Assembly: GCA_964016885.1 (NCBI GenBank)
Contig: OZ024755.1
Span: forward strand, 2,604,001-2,668,000
Direction of reading: 5' to 3'
From: Eledone cirrhosa
Taxonomy: Eukaryota
DNA length: 64,000 bases
The position numbers and the translations under genes are program-made. The notes beneath the pieces are model-generated. The model worked only from the letters and a program-made list of their open reading frames with translations, searched no databases and had not been told where the DNA came from. Of this stretch, positions 14,491 through 29,201 are shown one piece after another (positions within the stretch are counted from its first letter, which is position 1; each line of letters starts with the position of its first letter).

Positions 14491-14735
14491 GTGTGGAGCG
14501 AGGGACGAGGGAGTGTATGTGTATGGTGCAAAGGACCAGGGAGTGTATATGTGTGGTGCGAGGGACGAGGGAATGTATGTGTGTGGTGCGAGGGACCAGG
14601 GAGTGTATGTGTATGGTGCGAGGGACCAGGGAGTGTATATGTGTGGTGCGAGGGACGAGGGAATGTATGTGTGTGGTGCGAGGGACCAGGGAGTGTATGT
14701 ATGTGGTGCGAGGGACCAGGGAGTGTATGTATATG
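14491..14735. repeat. 30-bp G-rich minisatellite, 8 units
   Basis: Unit gtgtggtgcgagggac(c/g)agggagtgtatgt repeated at exact 30-bp spacing from 14491. Confidence 0.95.
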
Positions 14736-15297
14736 TAGTTCAACTGCCACCAGAGGAATTAAGATAGAATAAGCAACTGCAACAGGCATGTATGATATTA
14801 TCATAACAAATGGTTCTGATAGCAGCGACAACAGCAGCATAAATAATACTAATAATAATACTAATAATAATACTAATAATAATACTAATAATAATAATAC
14901 TAATAATAATGCTAATAATAATAATACTAATAATATTATAATAATAATACTAATGATCAACAAGCTACAACAACAGACGTAAAAAAGAGCAGACATAACA
15001 ACAACAAGAACTGTGGAAAGAACATTATCAGAAATGATCAGCTCAGTCAGCCATATTGATATTATCAACAGCAACAGCAGCAACGGCAGCAGTAATAACA
15101 ATGTTTTCAGCAACAGCAACAGCGGTAACAAACAAAACAACAGCAAGAGTAAAAGTTCTGGTAGCAGCAGCAACAGTAGCAGCAGCAGCAACAGTAGCAG
15201 CAGCAGCAACAGTAGCAGCAGCAACAGTAAGAAGAAAAACAACGGAAGCAGCAACAACTGTAGTAAGAGAAATAACATCAACCGCAATAAACAACAA

Positions 15298-15329
<32 letters not shown>

Positions 15330-15519
15330 ACAACAGCAGCAGCAGCAGCAATAGCGACAAGAGTAGCAGTAACAAATAAAAAAACATTAATTTTGCAGCA
15401 ACCTTAACATTAACAACAGCAACAACAACATAAACATAAACATTACCAGCAATTTTACTAGCAACACTAATAGAAACATCAAAAGTGGGGAGGTAGAGGG
15501 GGGGATCAGCCATCACGGA

Positions 15520-15760
15520 CAATGGAGGATGATTTGGTAGGATTTGCCAAGCTTTCTTTGTGCAATTGTTAGTATAGACATAGAGAATCGTTCGACACTC
15601 CCATCCAGCCCCTACATATATTGATCCAGCAGAACTTTGAGGGTGTGACAGCTGGAAGGTGAGAGGTTCCAGTTCTTTCTTTATATCCTGATTAATAGAG
15701 ATAAAATACAAACAACGCCAGCCAGAGAAGCAGCACGTGGATCAAATTTCGGATGAATAG
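15520..15760 (-). pseudogene. Possible decayed CR1/L2-group LINE 3' fragment
   Basis: Minus-strand translation KKELEPL...CRTILYVYTNNCTKKAWQILPNH loosely resembles the C-terminal EL..L...RT..Y..SFFP.T...WN.LP pattern. Weak. Confidence 0.3.
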
Positions 15761-16417
15761 TGTTCTGCATATGAGAGGAACATTTGCTGAGCAGTTGAGG
15801 ATCTGGGAAAACTGTGAGATAATATGCATAACGAGAAAATATAGATAGATGGGTAGACGTGCAATGAAACTAGATATATAAACTAATCAAAAATTGTGGA
15901 AGCCACCAAAGTGCTGTCTTTCGTTTCTTTCTTAGGATTCCTGTATGAAGAATTCAGTGGATCAATATCATACCAATTATTCGTAGTTTTGCAATAAAAC
16001 AATTGTGCATGCTGTAAACTCTGCTTCCCCGAAACATGTGCGGGCGCTGAAATACGTTTTGCAATTAATGCGCTCAAAAAAGTAAGATTCTCAGAACATT
16101 CTTGATTTCGTTCATACTTTTGGCGAAAGAAATATTTTACACTATGCGAGGTTTGGGGGTTAATTTGACTATCGAAGAATTGAAATAAACATATGTATGA
16201 TTGAATATCGAAATCTTTACCTAGAACTGCCTCAGCCAATATCTTCCAAGTGGTAATTGTTCATGTTCTCTCAATCACACATTTTATTTATAAGTTAATA
16301 GCTGTAACAATTCATCTACTGGTATTGGCTTGAGAATAAGCGCGGATGTGATGTGTGTATGGTATCGTAACTACTGGGGGATATGTAGGGCTTCTTATTG
16401 ACATAAGGCGTTTCTAG

Positions 16418-16420
16418 GGC

Positions 16421-16451
<31 letters not shown>

Positions 16452-16503
16452 TGTATGTATGTATGTATGGTACCTAACTCCCGAGAGAGTCGCAGGGACG
16501 CCA
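16418..16503 (-). mobile_element. Extremely 5'-truncated retroposon with (CATA)n tail and 22-bp TSD
   Basis: tattgacata(a/c)ggcgtttctag at 16396-16417 and 16504-16525 brackets tggcgtccctgcgactctctcgggagttaggtac(cata)n on the minus strand. Confidence 0.75.
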
Positions 16504-16591
16504 TATTGACATACGGCGTTTCTAGAGAAATGTTTTAAACCTAGTGGAGACCATCTTCTCATCAGGTCTGAATACAACAGATTTGTTCCAG

Positions 16592-16709
<118 letters not shown>

Positions 16710-18289
16710 CGATATAGAGGAAGAATGTTTCTCAATACAAGACTGGTACTTTCTTTATCGGCCTTGAAAAAGATCAAAGTAGCAAGCGAAACATTAGTTG
16801 CTAATACGATACAAGGTTATCAGTAGGTTACAAATTCTTAATGTGATATTGGTTCGTAGTGAGATTCTGGATATTCATGTAATACTTGTGAATAATATGA
16901 TATCAGTTATCAGTGAGGTAGCAGCTGTTTAACTTAATGTGTCAGAGTGATATAGAGATATATGTGTGATATTATTTGTATGTGTCAGAGTGATACAGAG
17001 ATAACTGTGTGATATTAATTGTATGTCCTTAAATATATAGTTTCGTGTGCATTAACAACGACAAATATTATTATGGCAGTGCACATAACAATGTGATAAA
17101 GCAGAGATAATATAATAGTTTAGTATTACCTCAATAGATGTATCCATTAACATATGCAGTAGGGGGTAGCAAGTTAAATAGGAATAAATAACCTTACGGC
17201 TTTCTAAAGTATATTGACAGCTTGTGGGCTAATATACATACAATTAAGAATTGAAACTGAATTTCCGATGGCAATATACTTTGAGTATCAAAATAATTGC
17301 TATTTCCATCTGTTAAATATTTTTTTTTCTGTTTATATAGCATTTATGTAGGTTGATCAGTTTAATAACAACTCTTAGGTCTTGGTTGGATTCACTTGGC
17401 TACACTCTGTTGCAATGATTCAGGCTAGGTATCCTGATACTCCTAGAGGCCCTGGGAAGGTCGTGGATACTGCACTTCCTCCTTAGAATGAGCCTTTAAA
17501 ACACGATAGGGACTAAATATTTAAGAATATTTAATCCCGATCCCAGTTCGTCCTCAAATTCCTACAAAGCTGAAAATATATTCTATCCGTATTATAAAGC
17601 AAAAGCAAATGTATTTTCTTGACGTTGTTTAGCCTCAAGTGAAACCTTCATCGAACAGATCTATTCAAAAGTTTTACAGACATGACAAACATATCACTTT
17701 CCTAATCACAGTGACTTCATGAGCACATTGTTCAATGTGTTGTTATTTTCTTAGACGATAACGCTAAGACTTGAAAGAATTTGGTTGTCATTCTAAGCAG
17801 GTCGAATAAACCAAAGCATAGATAACCTCTTTTAGATCTCTGTGGCTATTACCAACATAACAAATCATTTATTAGCTTATAAAATCCGTATTTCTAGTAA
17901 GATTCAATTTTTCAATAAAGAAGCTTGAGAATTTGGAAACGAATAAAAATGTTGAATCCGTGATGCAATCGCTATCCTCTTCACTTTAAACCTCTCACCA
18001 TCTACTTCGACTGAGTACAGACACTTTTTGAACAGATAAAAAGAAAATACATATGAGAAGGATATCAATATAACTGGCACCAGAAGCAAGATTTGGCAGT
18101 GGAAATTTGGTTATCACACCTATAGCAAAGGAAGAAACTGAAAAGAACTGAGAGACCAACTAATAGAGATTTACTGAGCTGCCTTTGATTTCCATGGTAA
18201 TATTGAAAGTAAAAGCATCAAAATCATCACCAACAGAATTAACAGAGAAATTTGTGAGAACTTGTACGTGCGTTCGTAGTGTGTGTGTG

Positions 18290-18303
18290 TATATATATAT
18301 ATC

Positions 18304-18357
<54 letters not shown>

Positions 18358-18396
18358 CATATATATACATATATATACATATATATATTTATATAC

Positions 18397-18433
<37 letters not shown>

Positions 18434-18562
18434 AATATATACATATATATACATATATATACATATATATACATATATATATACATATATACATATATAT
18501 ACATATATACATATATATATATATACATATATATATACATATATATATACATATATATATAC

Positions 18563-18644
<82 letters not shown>

Positions 18645-18655
18645 GTATATATATT
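18290..18655. repeat. (TA)n/(TACATA)n microsatellite field
   Basis: Visible. Confidence 0.95.
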
Positions 18656-19103
18656 TGTCATATGTAAGGTAAACATGCTTTCATATCAGATTCTAAACAC
18701 TTCTAACGCAAGGAGTATATATTAGGGACTTTTATGTTTTTATACCGTCAAATAAGGATGTATATACATTTGTGTCTATGTATATTTGTATGTGTGTTTG
18801 TGAGTATGTTTGTGTGTGTGTATGTGAGTATGTTTGTGTGTGTGTATGTGATTGTGTGAGAAATATACGCCAACATGAAACAGATATTCAAATACGTAAT
18901 GCACACAGAGGACCTTTTGTATACACACGAATATTGCGTATATATGTATATGTGTGTGTGTATATATATATATATATATACACACACATTATATATATAT
19001 CGAGAGAGAGAGATTTATAAATAGATGTATATCTATATATTCATTTAAATATACATGTACTTATATATATATGTGTATGTACTTATATATATGTACATGT
19101 ACT

Positions 19104-19145
<42 letters not shown>

Positions 19146-19183
19146 CATACATACATTTAAATATATATAAATATATGGAGTGG

Positions 19184-19230
<47 letters not shown>

Positions 19231-19249
19231 CACTCTATATATATATCCA

Positions 19250-19310
<61 letters not shown>

Positions 19311-19331
19311 CACTCTATATATATATCCACT

Positions 19332-19384
<53 letters not shown>

Positions 19385-19849
19385 TCCACCTCAACACCCA
19401 ACTATAATGTTCCACCACACGTATACCTTCCAGCACACACACTTTCACATTCCTATATACAAATGCATGCGTATATGCAACACATCCCTGCATAGAACCA
19501 CTCATTTTATTAAACATTCCGATACACACACACATCCCTACATCGAAGCAGACATTCCGATACACACAGCCGACACCGACAGAACAGCCTAGCAATGCTT
19601 TCAATACACATCCCACAGCGCCATTCAAACATTAACCAGCGGCCATGTTAACTAAATTTTCTGCCGGGCTTCACAAACACAACATCATCTATGTCGTTTC
19701 TACCGCCCACCCACCCCCTCTGCATCATCAGCTGTGGGAGGGTGGTAAGCTTTAATAGACAAAATAAATTTAAAAAATACCCTACTGAAGGGGCGTCGTA
19801 GCTATAGTTGATGTTGTTATTGGTGGGGGGTGCTTGCGGTAATGGTCGA

Positions 19850-20230
19850 GGTAGTGGTGGAGGTGGTGGTTGTTGTGGTGGTGGTGGTGGTGGTGAAGAT
19901 GCTTGTGGTGCTAGTTGTGTTGGTGGTGGTATTAGCGGTGGTGGTGGTGTTGGTGCTGGTAGTGGTGGTGGTGGTGGTTGTTGTGGTGGTGGTGGTGAAG
20001 ATACTTGTGGTGCTAGTTGTGTTGGTGGTGGTATTAGCGGTGGTGGTGGTGTTGATGCTGGTAGTGGTGGTGGTGGTGGTGGTGGTGGTGGTTGTTGTTG
20101 TGGTGGTGGTGGTGAAGATGCTTGTGGTGCTAGTTGTGTTGGTGGTGGCATTAGCGGTGGTGGTGGTGTTGGTGCTGGTAGTGGTGGTGGTGGTGGTTGT
20201 TGTTGTGGTGGTGGTGGTGCTGATGCTGGT
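19850..20230. repeat. ~100-115-bp tandem repeat x3 built from (GGT)n
   Basis: gaagat(g/a)cttgtggtgctagttgtgttggtggtgg(t/c)attagcggtgg occurs three times. Confidence 0.9.
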
Positions 20231-20581
20231 AAATTGGTACTAGTGGTTCTGGTGGTTGTGCTGCTGGTAGTTCTGGTGGTGCTAGTGTTGGTGGTGGTGG
20301 TGGTGGTGGTACTGCTGTTGTTGGTGTTGTATTTATCAATAAATGATTTATCATATATATATATATATGTGTGTGTGTGTGTCTGTGTGTGTGTGTGTGC
20401 GCGCATGCGTGTGTGTGTTTAGGGAAACACGCTATATCGACTCTGTAACTTGTGTACATCCTTCGACCGGTGTCTACCAAAAAACATCAAATCCTGAAAG
20501 CATTACCTTCATGAATCTACCAATAAAAGTTACATTGAGTTCTATCAACATTATCTTCCCCGCCTTATATAGGTGTATACC

Positions 20582-20690
<109 letters not shown>

Positions 20691-20814
20691 TAAACACAAG
20701 TCAGCAATGTAAAAAAGATACAGCACAAAAGAACAAGACTACAATATTGGTTTGACGCTTAAAAAGGTAATAAAGGAGGATATATACACACATGCATATA
20801 TATATGTGCGTGTG

Positions 20815-20911
<97 letters not shown>

Positions 20912-21374
20912 ACAGGCGAATGTTGTTGTGTGTGCGTCAACATAGGTTTGAGTAGTGGAATTAGGGAGAAGGTGAAATGACATAAAGGCTCTTCTTAAGT
21001 AGATTTAAGCATAATAGGCGGGTATATGTAATGGAAATGGCCGTGCTACTGTTAAGAGCATAGTTGGTGAGGTGAGGAAGGGTTGAGGATGGGCTGAAGA
21101 CTGAGTGTTGGGCTGGAATAGAAACAGATGGATAGAAACACGAATGACGTGAAGAAGTGGAACCAAATTAAAAAGGCCATATATATATATGGGAGGTTGC
21201 AAGAGACTACAACAAGATCCTGTCTATAATATAAAGACAACTGTAAAGTGTAGTGAAATATAATCGCATCTGTTCTACTAAATATATTAAGGCGTAGTTG
21301 TCAATAGGTTCTTGTTGGTGATTTTCTTGGTGCTTTTCCTTGGGGTTTATTTTATTTTATATATTTTATGTATT

Positions 21375-21420
21375 ATTGTTGCTGTTATTGTTGCTGCTGT
21401 TGTTTGTATTGTTGGTGTGC

Positions 21421-21484
<64 letters not shown>

Positions 21485-21830
21485 GCTGTTGTTGCTGTTG
21501 TCTGTGTTGTTGTTTTTGCTGTTGCTGTTGTTGTCTGTTGTTGTTGTTGGTGGTGGTGGTGGTGGTGTTGTTGTTGGTGGTGGTGGTGTTGTTGTTGTTG
21601 CTGCTGTTGCTGTTATCTCTGTTGTTGGTGGTGGTGGTGGTGGTGTTGTTGTTGTTGGTGGTGGTGTTGTCGTTGGTGGTGGTGTTGTTGTTGGTGTTGT
21701 TGGGGTGTTGTTGGTGGTGGTGTTGTTGTTGGTGTTGTTGGGGGTGTTGTTGTTGTTGTCTCTGTTGTCTGTGTTGTTGTTGGTGGTGTTGGTGTTGTTG
21801 GGTGTGTTATTGTTGTTGTTGTCTGTGTTG
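21375..21830. repeat. (TTG)n/(TGG)n low-complexity field
   Basis: Visible. Confidence 0.95.
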
Positions 21831-22050
21831 ATGTACCTAATTTCCTCGATATTGTATAGTTTTCATATGTTTTTATTAGATTAAATGAAATGCAAATAGG
21901 AAAAAAAAAATGTTACAAATAAATCTATAGATATATACATTATATATCTATATATCTATATATATATACATACATAATATATATATGTACATTATATATA
22001 TATAGAGAGAGAGAGAAGGAACACCCACTCTCTCTCGCGCACGCACACAC

Positions 22051-22085
<35 letters not shown>

Positions 22086-22142
22086 TGTGTGTTTTCTTGA
22101 GTTCTAGAAAAGCATAGTTTTAGTTTAGATTTGTTTACGTTC

Positions 22143-22217
<75 letters not shown>

Positions 22218-22572
22218 AGCAATATTTAAATATAAATATGTTAACTATGTGTAGAAATTTAGATTAAGTCTGTCTTCACTGGGCTGCTTTTTAACGTTCC
22301 CTTCCCTGAAGAAATTAAAAGAAGGAATTTTGATGGAATCTCGTTTACTGATGCGCGCGCACACACACACACACACACACACATACTCACATACACATAC
22401 ATACACACACACACTCACACATGCACTCACACGTACACGCACTCACACACACCACACACACATAAATATGCATTATCTATTTTCCTTTCTTTCCAACTGT
22501 CCTTCTCCCCCCGCCACCCTACTCACACACACACAGTCACATACCCCCACACACATATACATATCTCCCTCA

Positions 22573-22609
<37 letters not shown>

Positions 22610-23049
22610 AGTGTAACACTTTCTTTCTTAAACATTTAATACATTTTCTCAGTAAGTAGAATAAAAATAATATGAAAAGAAAGATGAACGACTTTGGGGC
22701 AGAAACAAAGAGAGAAAGAGAGGGCGAGGAGAGGATGAGAGAGACAGAGACAAAGTGAGTAGAGAGAGAGAGATAGTGGGAGAAAGAGAGAGTAAGTAAG
22801 AAAGTTAAATATAACCATCACCATCACCACCATAACTCCTCAATTCTAAGCAAAATACTTTGGAAATAGAATCTCTTTAGGATTTTTATAGGTCTCCAGT
22901 GGTAGCAGAAAACACACTGGTGTATGTTGAAAAAGTCATGCTATGACAAATACAACCAGATCCTGACTCACTATTATAAATCTACACTTGGTAGCTTTCA
23001 TCTAATCTATACATTATTCACTTTAACAATTTCGGATATTAAGTGTACG

Positions 23050-23117
<68 letters not shown>

Positions 23118-23189
23118 ATGTATGCAATTCTAAACACACACACAGATAAATAGGTAGATAGCTAGATACTGATTAATATTAGTATACAC

Positions 23190-23494
23190 TGAGGATGAAA
23201 AACTCAGAGCTGTACGGGAGCCTCCCAGAAGTCAGCTCAAAAGTGACACAGAGGAGACTGACGTTAGCTGGACATGCTCACTGACATCCAGAGTTGACAT
23301 TGCACTCAGTGCTACTGTGGGAGCCCCTACATGGACACACTAGAAGAGGAAGACCAAGGTTAATGTATGTTGATGCCCTAAGGACAGACACTGGTCTGTT
23401 GGAGACGCAGGACATGGCAGCGATAATGAGGGACAGAGACCGCTGGAGAGAACTCGTCCATGGATCTCGGGAATTTTACCCGCCCTAGATAGAT

Positions 23495-23589
<95 letters not shown>

Positions 23590-23590
23590 T
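23190..23590 (+). mobile_element. RTE-clade LINE 3' end with (GATA)n tail
   Basis: ELYGSLPEVSSKVTQRRLTLAGHAH*HPELTLHSVLLWEPLHGHTRRGRPRLMYVDALRTDTG...MRDRDRWRELV is the typical RTE C-terminus (RRL..AGH...GRP...D...M.DR..WR). The stop runs into (AGAT)n. Confidence 0.92.
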
Positions 23591-23742
23591 GGTTTTATAG
23601 GTTTCAGTCAATGGACATAGGAGATGCTAGGCCACCACCTTTATTTAGTCGTATATACTGAGTTTTTCATGTTCGCTACTTTTTGTCTAGTTCTTTCTTG
23701 TCCAATGTTTAAGACATGGGACATAAAATCACACACACACAC

Positions 23743-23793
<51 letters not shown>

Positions 23794-25940
23794 ATATATG
23801 CGAAGACTAAAATCCAAAGATAAGGATAAATATATATCAAATATATAAGAACCCTAGAGCAGATATTTATTAAAATAACAGAAGAATCGCTTATATACAT
23901 ACAAAGATATAGTTGCAATGGGCTTATAAACCAAAAATTAAAAGTTCAAGATATTAAAATGCTTTGAACTTCGTCGATTCTTCCCCGAATTGAGAGATCA
24001 CAGCTCAGATACTATAGAACTGTGGTGAGAAAGTGTGAGGACATAATCGCTGGACAGACATTACAGACAAAAGCAACTGGTGGGAAACCCATGGGTTGAA
24101 CCTGAACAAGATGTTTGGATAAATTTCATAAGCTTGGCTGGTCTCGCATGGTGATGAAGCCGGATCAGTTGGAGATTGTTGCTTTTTACAGGACTTTGGT
24201 TCCATATTCTGATTTAAAGATTGGCTCATTCCTTTCCCTTTTCCCTTAATTATGATTCCCGTGGTCACATATGGGGAAATTAGGTATCGGTGGAGGCGGT
24301 TGGAGTATCGAGGGTTAATTTTGTAAGTGATGGTTGTTACAATGGCCGCGGTGACTGCTAAGTTAATGTTCGCGGTAATGAAGGATAGTTTGTTTGATGG
24401 GTCGCTGATTTCGTGGCTTTAAGTTCCTGTCAAGAAATAATAGTTTATTTCGCGGTTGACTTTACACTGAAAATATCTCCTGCTAATCTCTACCTGCCTT
24501 CCCCGTTCCCTAGATATTCTCTCAACAAGTTTAGTGGAAATAAAATAAAAACATGTGACCAGATACCAGACCAATCATCACCACTAACAACAACAGCAAT
24601 GACAACAACAGCGATAATATCCTCTGCATAATTGACGTTAAATATAACGAGAAACAAATAAACAAATAATATTAACAATAGGAAAATCAAATAACTGGAA
24701 TAGAATATAAGGAGACGTGGAATTTGTTAGTATTCTTGTTTATGTATTTATTATCTCTTGGTAGCCATTAATGCATGTAGAAAAACATGCTGTGGAAAAT
24801 AATGCTGATGAGAATGCATAAAAGAATAAGCACTACTGTGAGTGAACCAATATCTCTTGTATTATGTATCAGTCATACTGCATAATTTTTCTACACAGCT
24901 TCCTGAGGGACAAGCAAACTGTATTGAGTTAGTATTACTGTGACAGATGATGTTGATGATGATGTTATCTATTATTGTTCTTGATGTTGTTGCTTTCGTT
25001 GCTTTAGTTTTTGTTTTATTGGAAGTGTGTTTGTGTTGTTTCGATTGTTGATTTAGCCCTTGTTGTATAATCATTGTTGCCATCGGCTATATCAGTTCTA
25101 TGGAAACCTCCTATCGTAAATTCCAGTTTCATTTAAAATCGTTTTATAAGAGCTGTCTCTAAAACATGTAATCCAGAGAAGAATAACTATTTACGTAAGA
25201 GTAGTATTAGATAAATCAGGATTAATTTTCTGCTCTACCAGCATATGTCTATCTAGTAACATAATGCATGCGTATCATGGTTTCCTAAATTAGTATAGAG
25301 CTGCATATGCCTAGGGAATAACGAAAGAGAAAGAGAAAAGAGAAGACAAAGGGAAAAGTAGACATATATACGGGACTGAATCTATCCCAATTTATGACAG
25401 ATAATTATTTTATCAAACATGGAATTTTGACTCTGAAAGTAAAAATACGAGACAAAATGGTTTTCGATTTTTATAGAACGCAAGTTATTTCAGGTTGGAT
25501 AGGGTTCGTATAATCCAACCCAATAATCAAAGGTTCGAATCATATTAAACATAGAAATATGAACAAAAATATCAGTAGTTCTGTATTTTACATAGAACTG
25601 GATCTTGGATTAACTTGTGTCATATTCCCAGCAGTATCATCTTAGTTTCTACCCATGTTAGCCTATGAATCTAATTAAACTTCTTCAAAATATATATTTA
25701 CAATAGGAAAAAATCAAAGTTGATATATGTTTGCTAGCTACCCTGTGACAAATGCCCTATACAAAGAAATGCAGAGAGAATCCATTGCTATACTGACACT
25801 ATTTACCAAGTCATTATATTTTATCTACAAAGTTGTTCTGTATTTGTTTGATACTTCCAAGATTTGGAGATGATTCTTATTTTCTTCTTTAATTCGAAGC
25901 CAGAGAAAGAAAAAAGATGAGATCTTGGCAAGAATGTGAA

Positions 25941-26037
<97 letters not shown>

Positions 26038-26039
26038 CA

Positions 26040-26170
26040 TAGAATTACAAGGAACGAAGTGAGCTGTGTGGTTACTGTGAACAAAGTTTAGGATGGTAGT
26101 ATGGACGAAACAAGAGAAGAAATCCTTCATCAGCTGTAAACCGCAGATCATAGATGTTTCCGGGCTCAAT
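26040..26170 (-). mobile_element. (TA)n-flanked insert, probable Penelope-like terminus
   Basis: ~130 bp unique insert between TA tracts. Minus strand has gagcccgGAAACatc and acagCTGATGAagga, i.e. hammerhead half-motifs. Confidence 0.35.
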
Positions 26171-27112
26171 ATATATATATACACACCGCAATAATGAGAA
26201 GCTATGTGCCTCTGTCTGCAACATAATTCTGCAGTAGAAACTGGTCGTGAAAACAAACCTGGGCACCGCTGCCTGCAATGCAGAGGATAACTAAATACAG
26301 GAGCTTGCCCGACCATTTACTTTTCGTACCAGTTGCTTTAGAGACCTTGGGTTTCGTATGTTCCCCCACTGCTGATTTCCTTCAGAAAATCGGAATGACA
26401 ACAGACCAATTAAGAAAGAAACCACGTGAGGTGGTGTAACCGCTGCTGTGTGTGTTCTACGTGGCAATATATTTGCTATTTTATCTACGGGGTAAATCTG
26501 AAACCTCGCTCAGACTGGAGTGTAGAGTCTGTCCCTCTCACTTCTCCCTTTCTTTGCTTAATTCCTTTGTTCTCTCTTTTTTTTCCTCATTTTCTTTTGT
26601 TGTAATTTTTTTTTTTTTTTTGTTGGGGCGGTCAATATATATTTCAAATATTAACAAAAGCCAGTATTCTCAAATAAATATATTTAACCATTTCGACTAA
26701 TTAATTGCCTTAGCACTAAATGAACCTCTTCTGATTAGAAAATCTTTCATGCGTGAACAGCCGAAAACTGGACATCTCTTTAGCATGAAAATAATTCGAA
26801 CAGACCATATGTCTATCATTGAATACATAAAAACTAAGAATATTTCAGCCGTGACTCATGTTTTTTTTACCTCTGAACGGCTTCTAAGTATATTTCTAAA
26901 CTCTGAATACTTTCTGACTTTCTATAAGGCTATACGTTCGAACATACAACACCAAAAGAGGAATGTCGTTCTTCATAGGGGAGGCAAGTTAGACATAATT
27001 CTGACAAGTTTACAGTACTTAGGGTAAAGCCTTAAATGCTACGAACTATAATCTCAATCATTATACTGTGTAAATATGAATAAAGTAAAACTCAATATAC
27101 ACACACACGCGC

Positions 27113-27200
<88 letters not shown>

Positions 27201-28154
27201 CTTAGTTTTTTTGTTTATATATATATATATATACGTTGAAGTATAATAGAGGTGTATATGAAAACATAAACCTATATAATATCCTTATATATGTATATGT
27301 GTGTGTGTGTGTGTATTTGTTTGATTGGGTGTGTATACTGCAAAGAAATGTATTGAAACGATTGTATATTTTGATATAGTTACTGGTCACCCAAAACTGG
27401 TTCAGGTACGAATAATATTGCATGACAAGTGCAAGAAACGATATTAACATAAAGAATATATCTATAGAGTGTAGTAAACCTATTAACATGGTACATCTAT
27501 CTATTAACCATGAAAAGAAAGCATTCGATATTTATAGATCAGGTAAACAGAATTGCAAGTTGCAAACTTAACTGCATCTATATCTTAACGTTAGAAGCTT
27601 TGTTCAAAAACATTTCTTTCATTACTATCTAATTATATTCTACGTTTTGTATCTACTTTTCCCTCAAACTCAATCTGCGTAAACTTGTTTATGTTGTTTG
27701 AATACTTCCATTTTTATTTGTGGGCGGGGTGTTCGGGGAATGAGTAGTGAGCTAGGAGAAGAGTGCTGAAGAAAATACGATGCAGTATACAGCTTCGTCA
27801 TTTGAAAATCTCTGGCCTGACCCTCAGTCGAATATGGTGTTTCATCTTAGTAGGATCGATAAAAAAAATATATATTTCCAACAATGTAGTGTAGAATATT
27901 CAATCGACTGAACCACATATCTTGTAAATGTGGGCCTTTCGCCAAGTCAAACGAAGCGAGGCCAACTTCTGTGTATTATTGTTCTCTATGTAAATATATA
28001 TTTATCTGCTTGTTTTATTTTGTATTTTATGATAATAGCAAAAAACCTATGCATACATACATAGATATATATATGTGTTTGTGTGTCTGTCTGTGTGTAT
28101 GGGTGTGTGTATAAATGTGTGCGTGTGTGTATATATATATATATATACATAGTG

Positions 28155-28397
28155 ATGGCGCGTACTTTAGATGTTAGAGAATTGGATTCACCATCGTGAG
28201 GTTGTAAGTTCGATTACCGGACCAGGCAATGCGTTATGTCCTTGAGCAAGAGACTTCATGTCACGTTGTTGGATTTGCGGCAGGTAGAGAGTATTAGAAA
28301 TTGGAAAGACCAATGGAAACGTTGTTTCCTTGGTCCGATTTGACGAGCTCCATCCCACTCGTTAAGCGAATGAAGTCTGGGATCTTGTCGATTGAAT
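28155..28397 (+). mobile_element. SINE family B head/CORE-like part joined to a second repeat also seen at 10700-10805
   Basis: B-box gttcgattacc and tgtccttgagcaagagactt, followed by aaagaccaatggaaac...gacgag...ccactcgttaag...ctgggatctt, which also occurs at 10715-10803. Confidence 0.7.
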
Positions 28398-28401
28398 CGT
28401 A

Positions 28402-28471
<70 letters not shown>

Positions 28472-28926
28472 CATCGGCACATATATACACATGTATATAT
28501 ACACATATTCATATATATATGTACGTTTACGTACGCAATATATTATAGTACTATTTCTTCATTTGAGTAACTACATTTTAGCCTAATACGAGACAAAAAG
28601 TTAATACATGAATATATGCGTAGGAATATGTGTGTTCGTTTAATTAATCCACAAAAGACACACAAAATGAAGAAATGGTATTTTGAATATTGGGTCGAAA
28701 TAGTCTTCCTAAATAATAGTTTCTGATTTAGACACAAAACCAGAAACGCGTTGGCAGTTGTTCCCCCTTTACTGCTGCTGGAATCCGCTAGACGGTGCTA
28801 GCCGTCAGCTTTTCAATATTCAGAGCTAGATGGCTATCCAAATGTTTATTCGCAAACATACCGTACATCATTAGATATACGAAATTCACATATTTGAATA
28901 TATACACCTATGTCGGATCGAAAACC

Positions 28927-29003
<77 letters not shown>

Positions 29004-29083
29004 AAGAGTGTGTGTGTATGTGTGTGTGTACAGAGTGAAAATGGCCGTGGGAAGAAAAAGCAAAAAAGCGCTCTAAAAAGAAA

Positions 29084-29122
<39 letters not shown>

Positions 29123-29129
29123 CTCTCGC

Positions 29130-29201
<72 letters not shown>

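Noticed and set aside
14491-14735. CRISPR-like periodicity
   Set aside because: Contiguous 30-bp units with no unique spacers, in eukaryotic context with no cas genes.
15883-16239. 118-aa non-repetitive ORF
   Set aside because: No recognisable domain or splice pattern, TTG start, and length within what chance allows in this much sequence.
19648-20406. Proline-rich ORF resembling a formin FH1 region
   Set aside because: Derives from a triplicated (GGT)n-based repeat open in several frames on both strands. No FH2 or other exon was recognised nearby. RNA-seq coverage would be needed to revive it.
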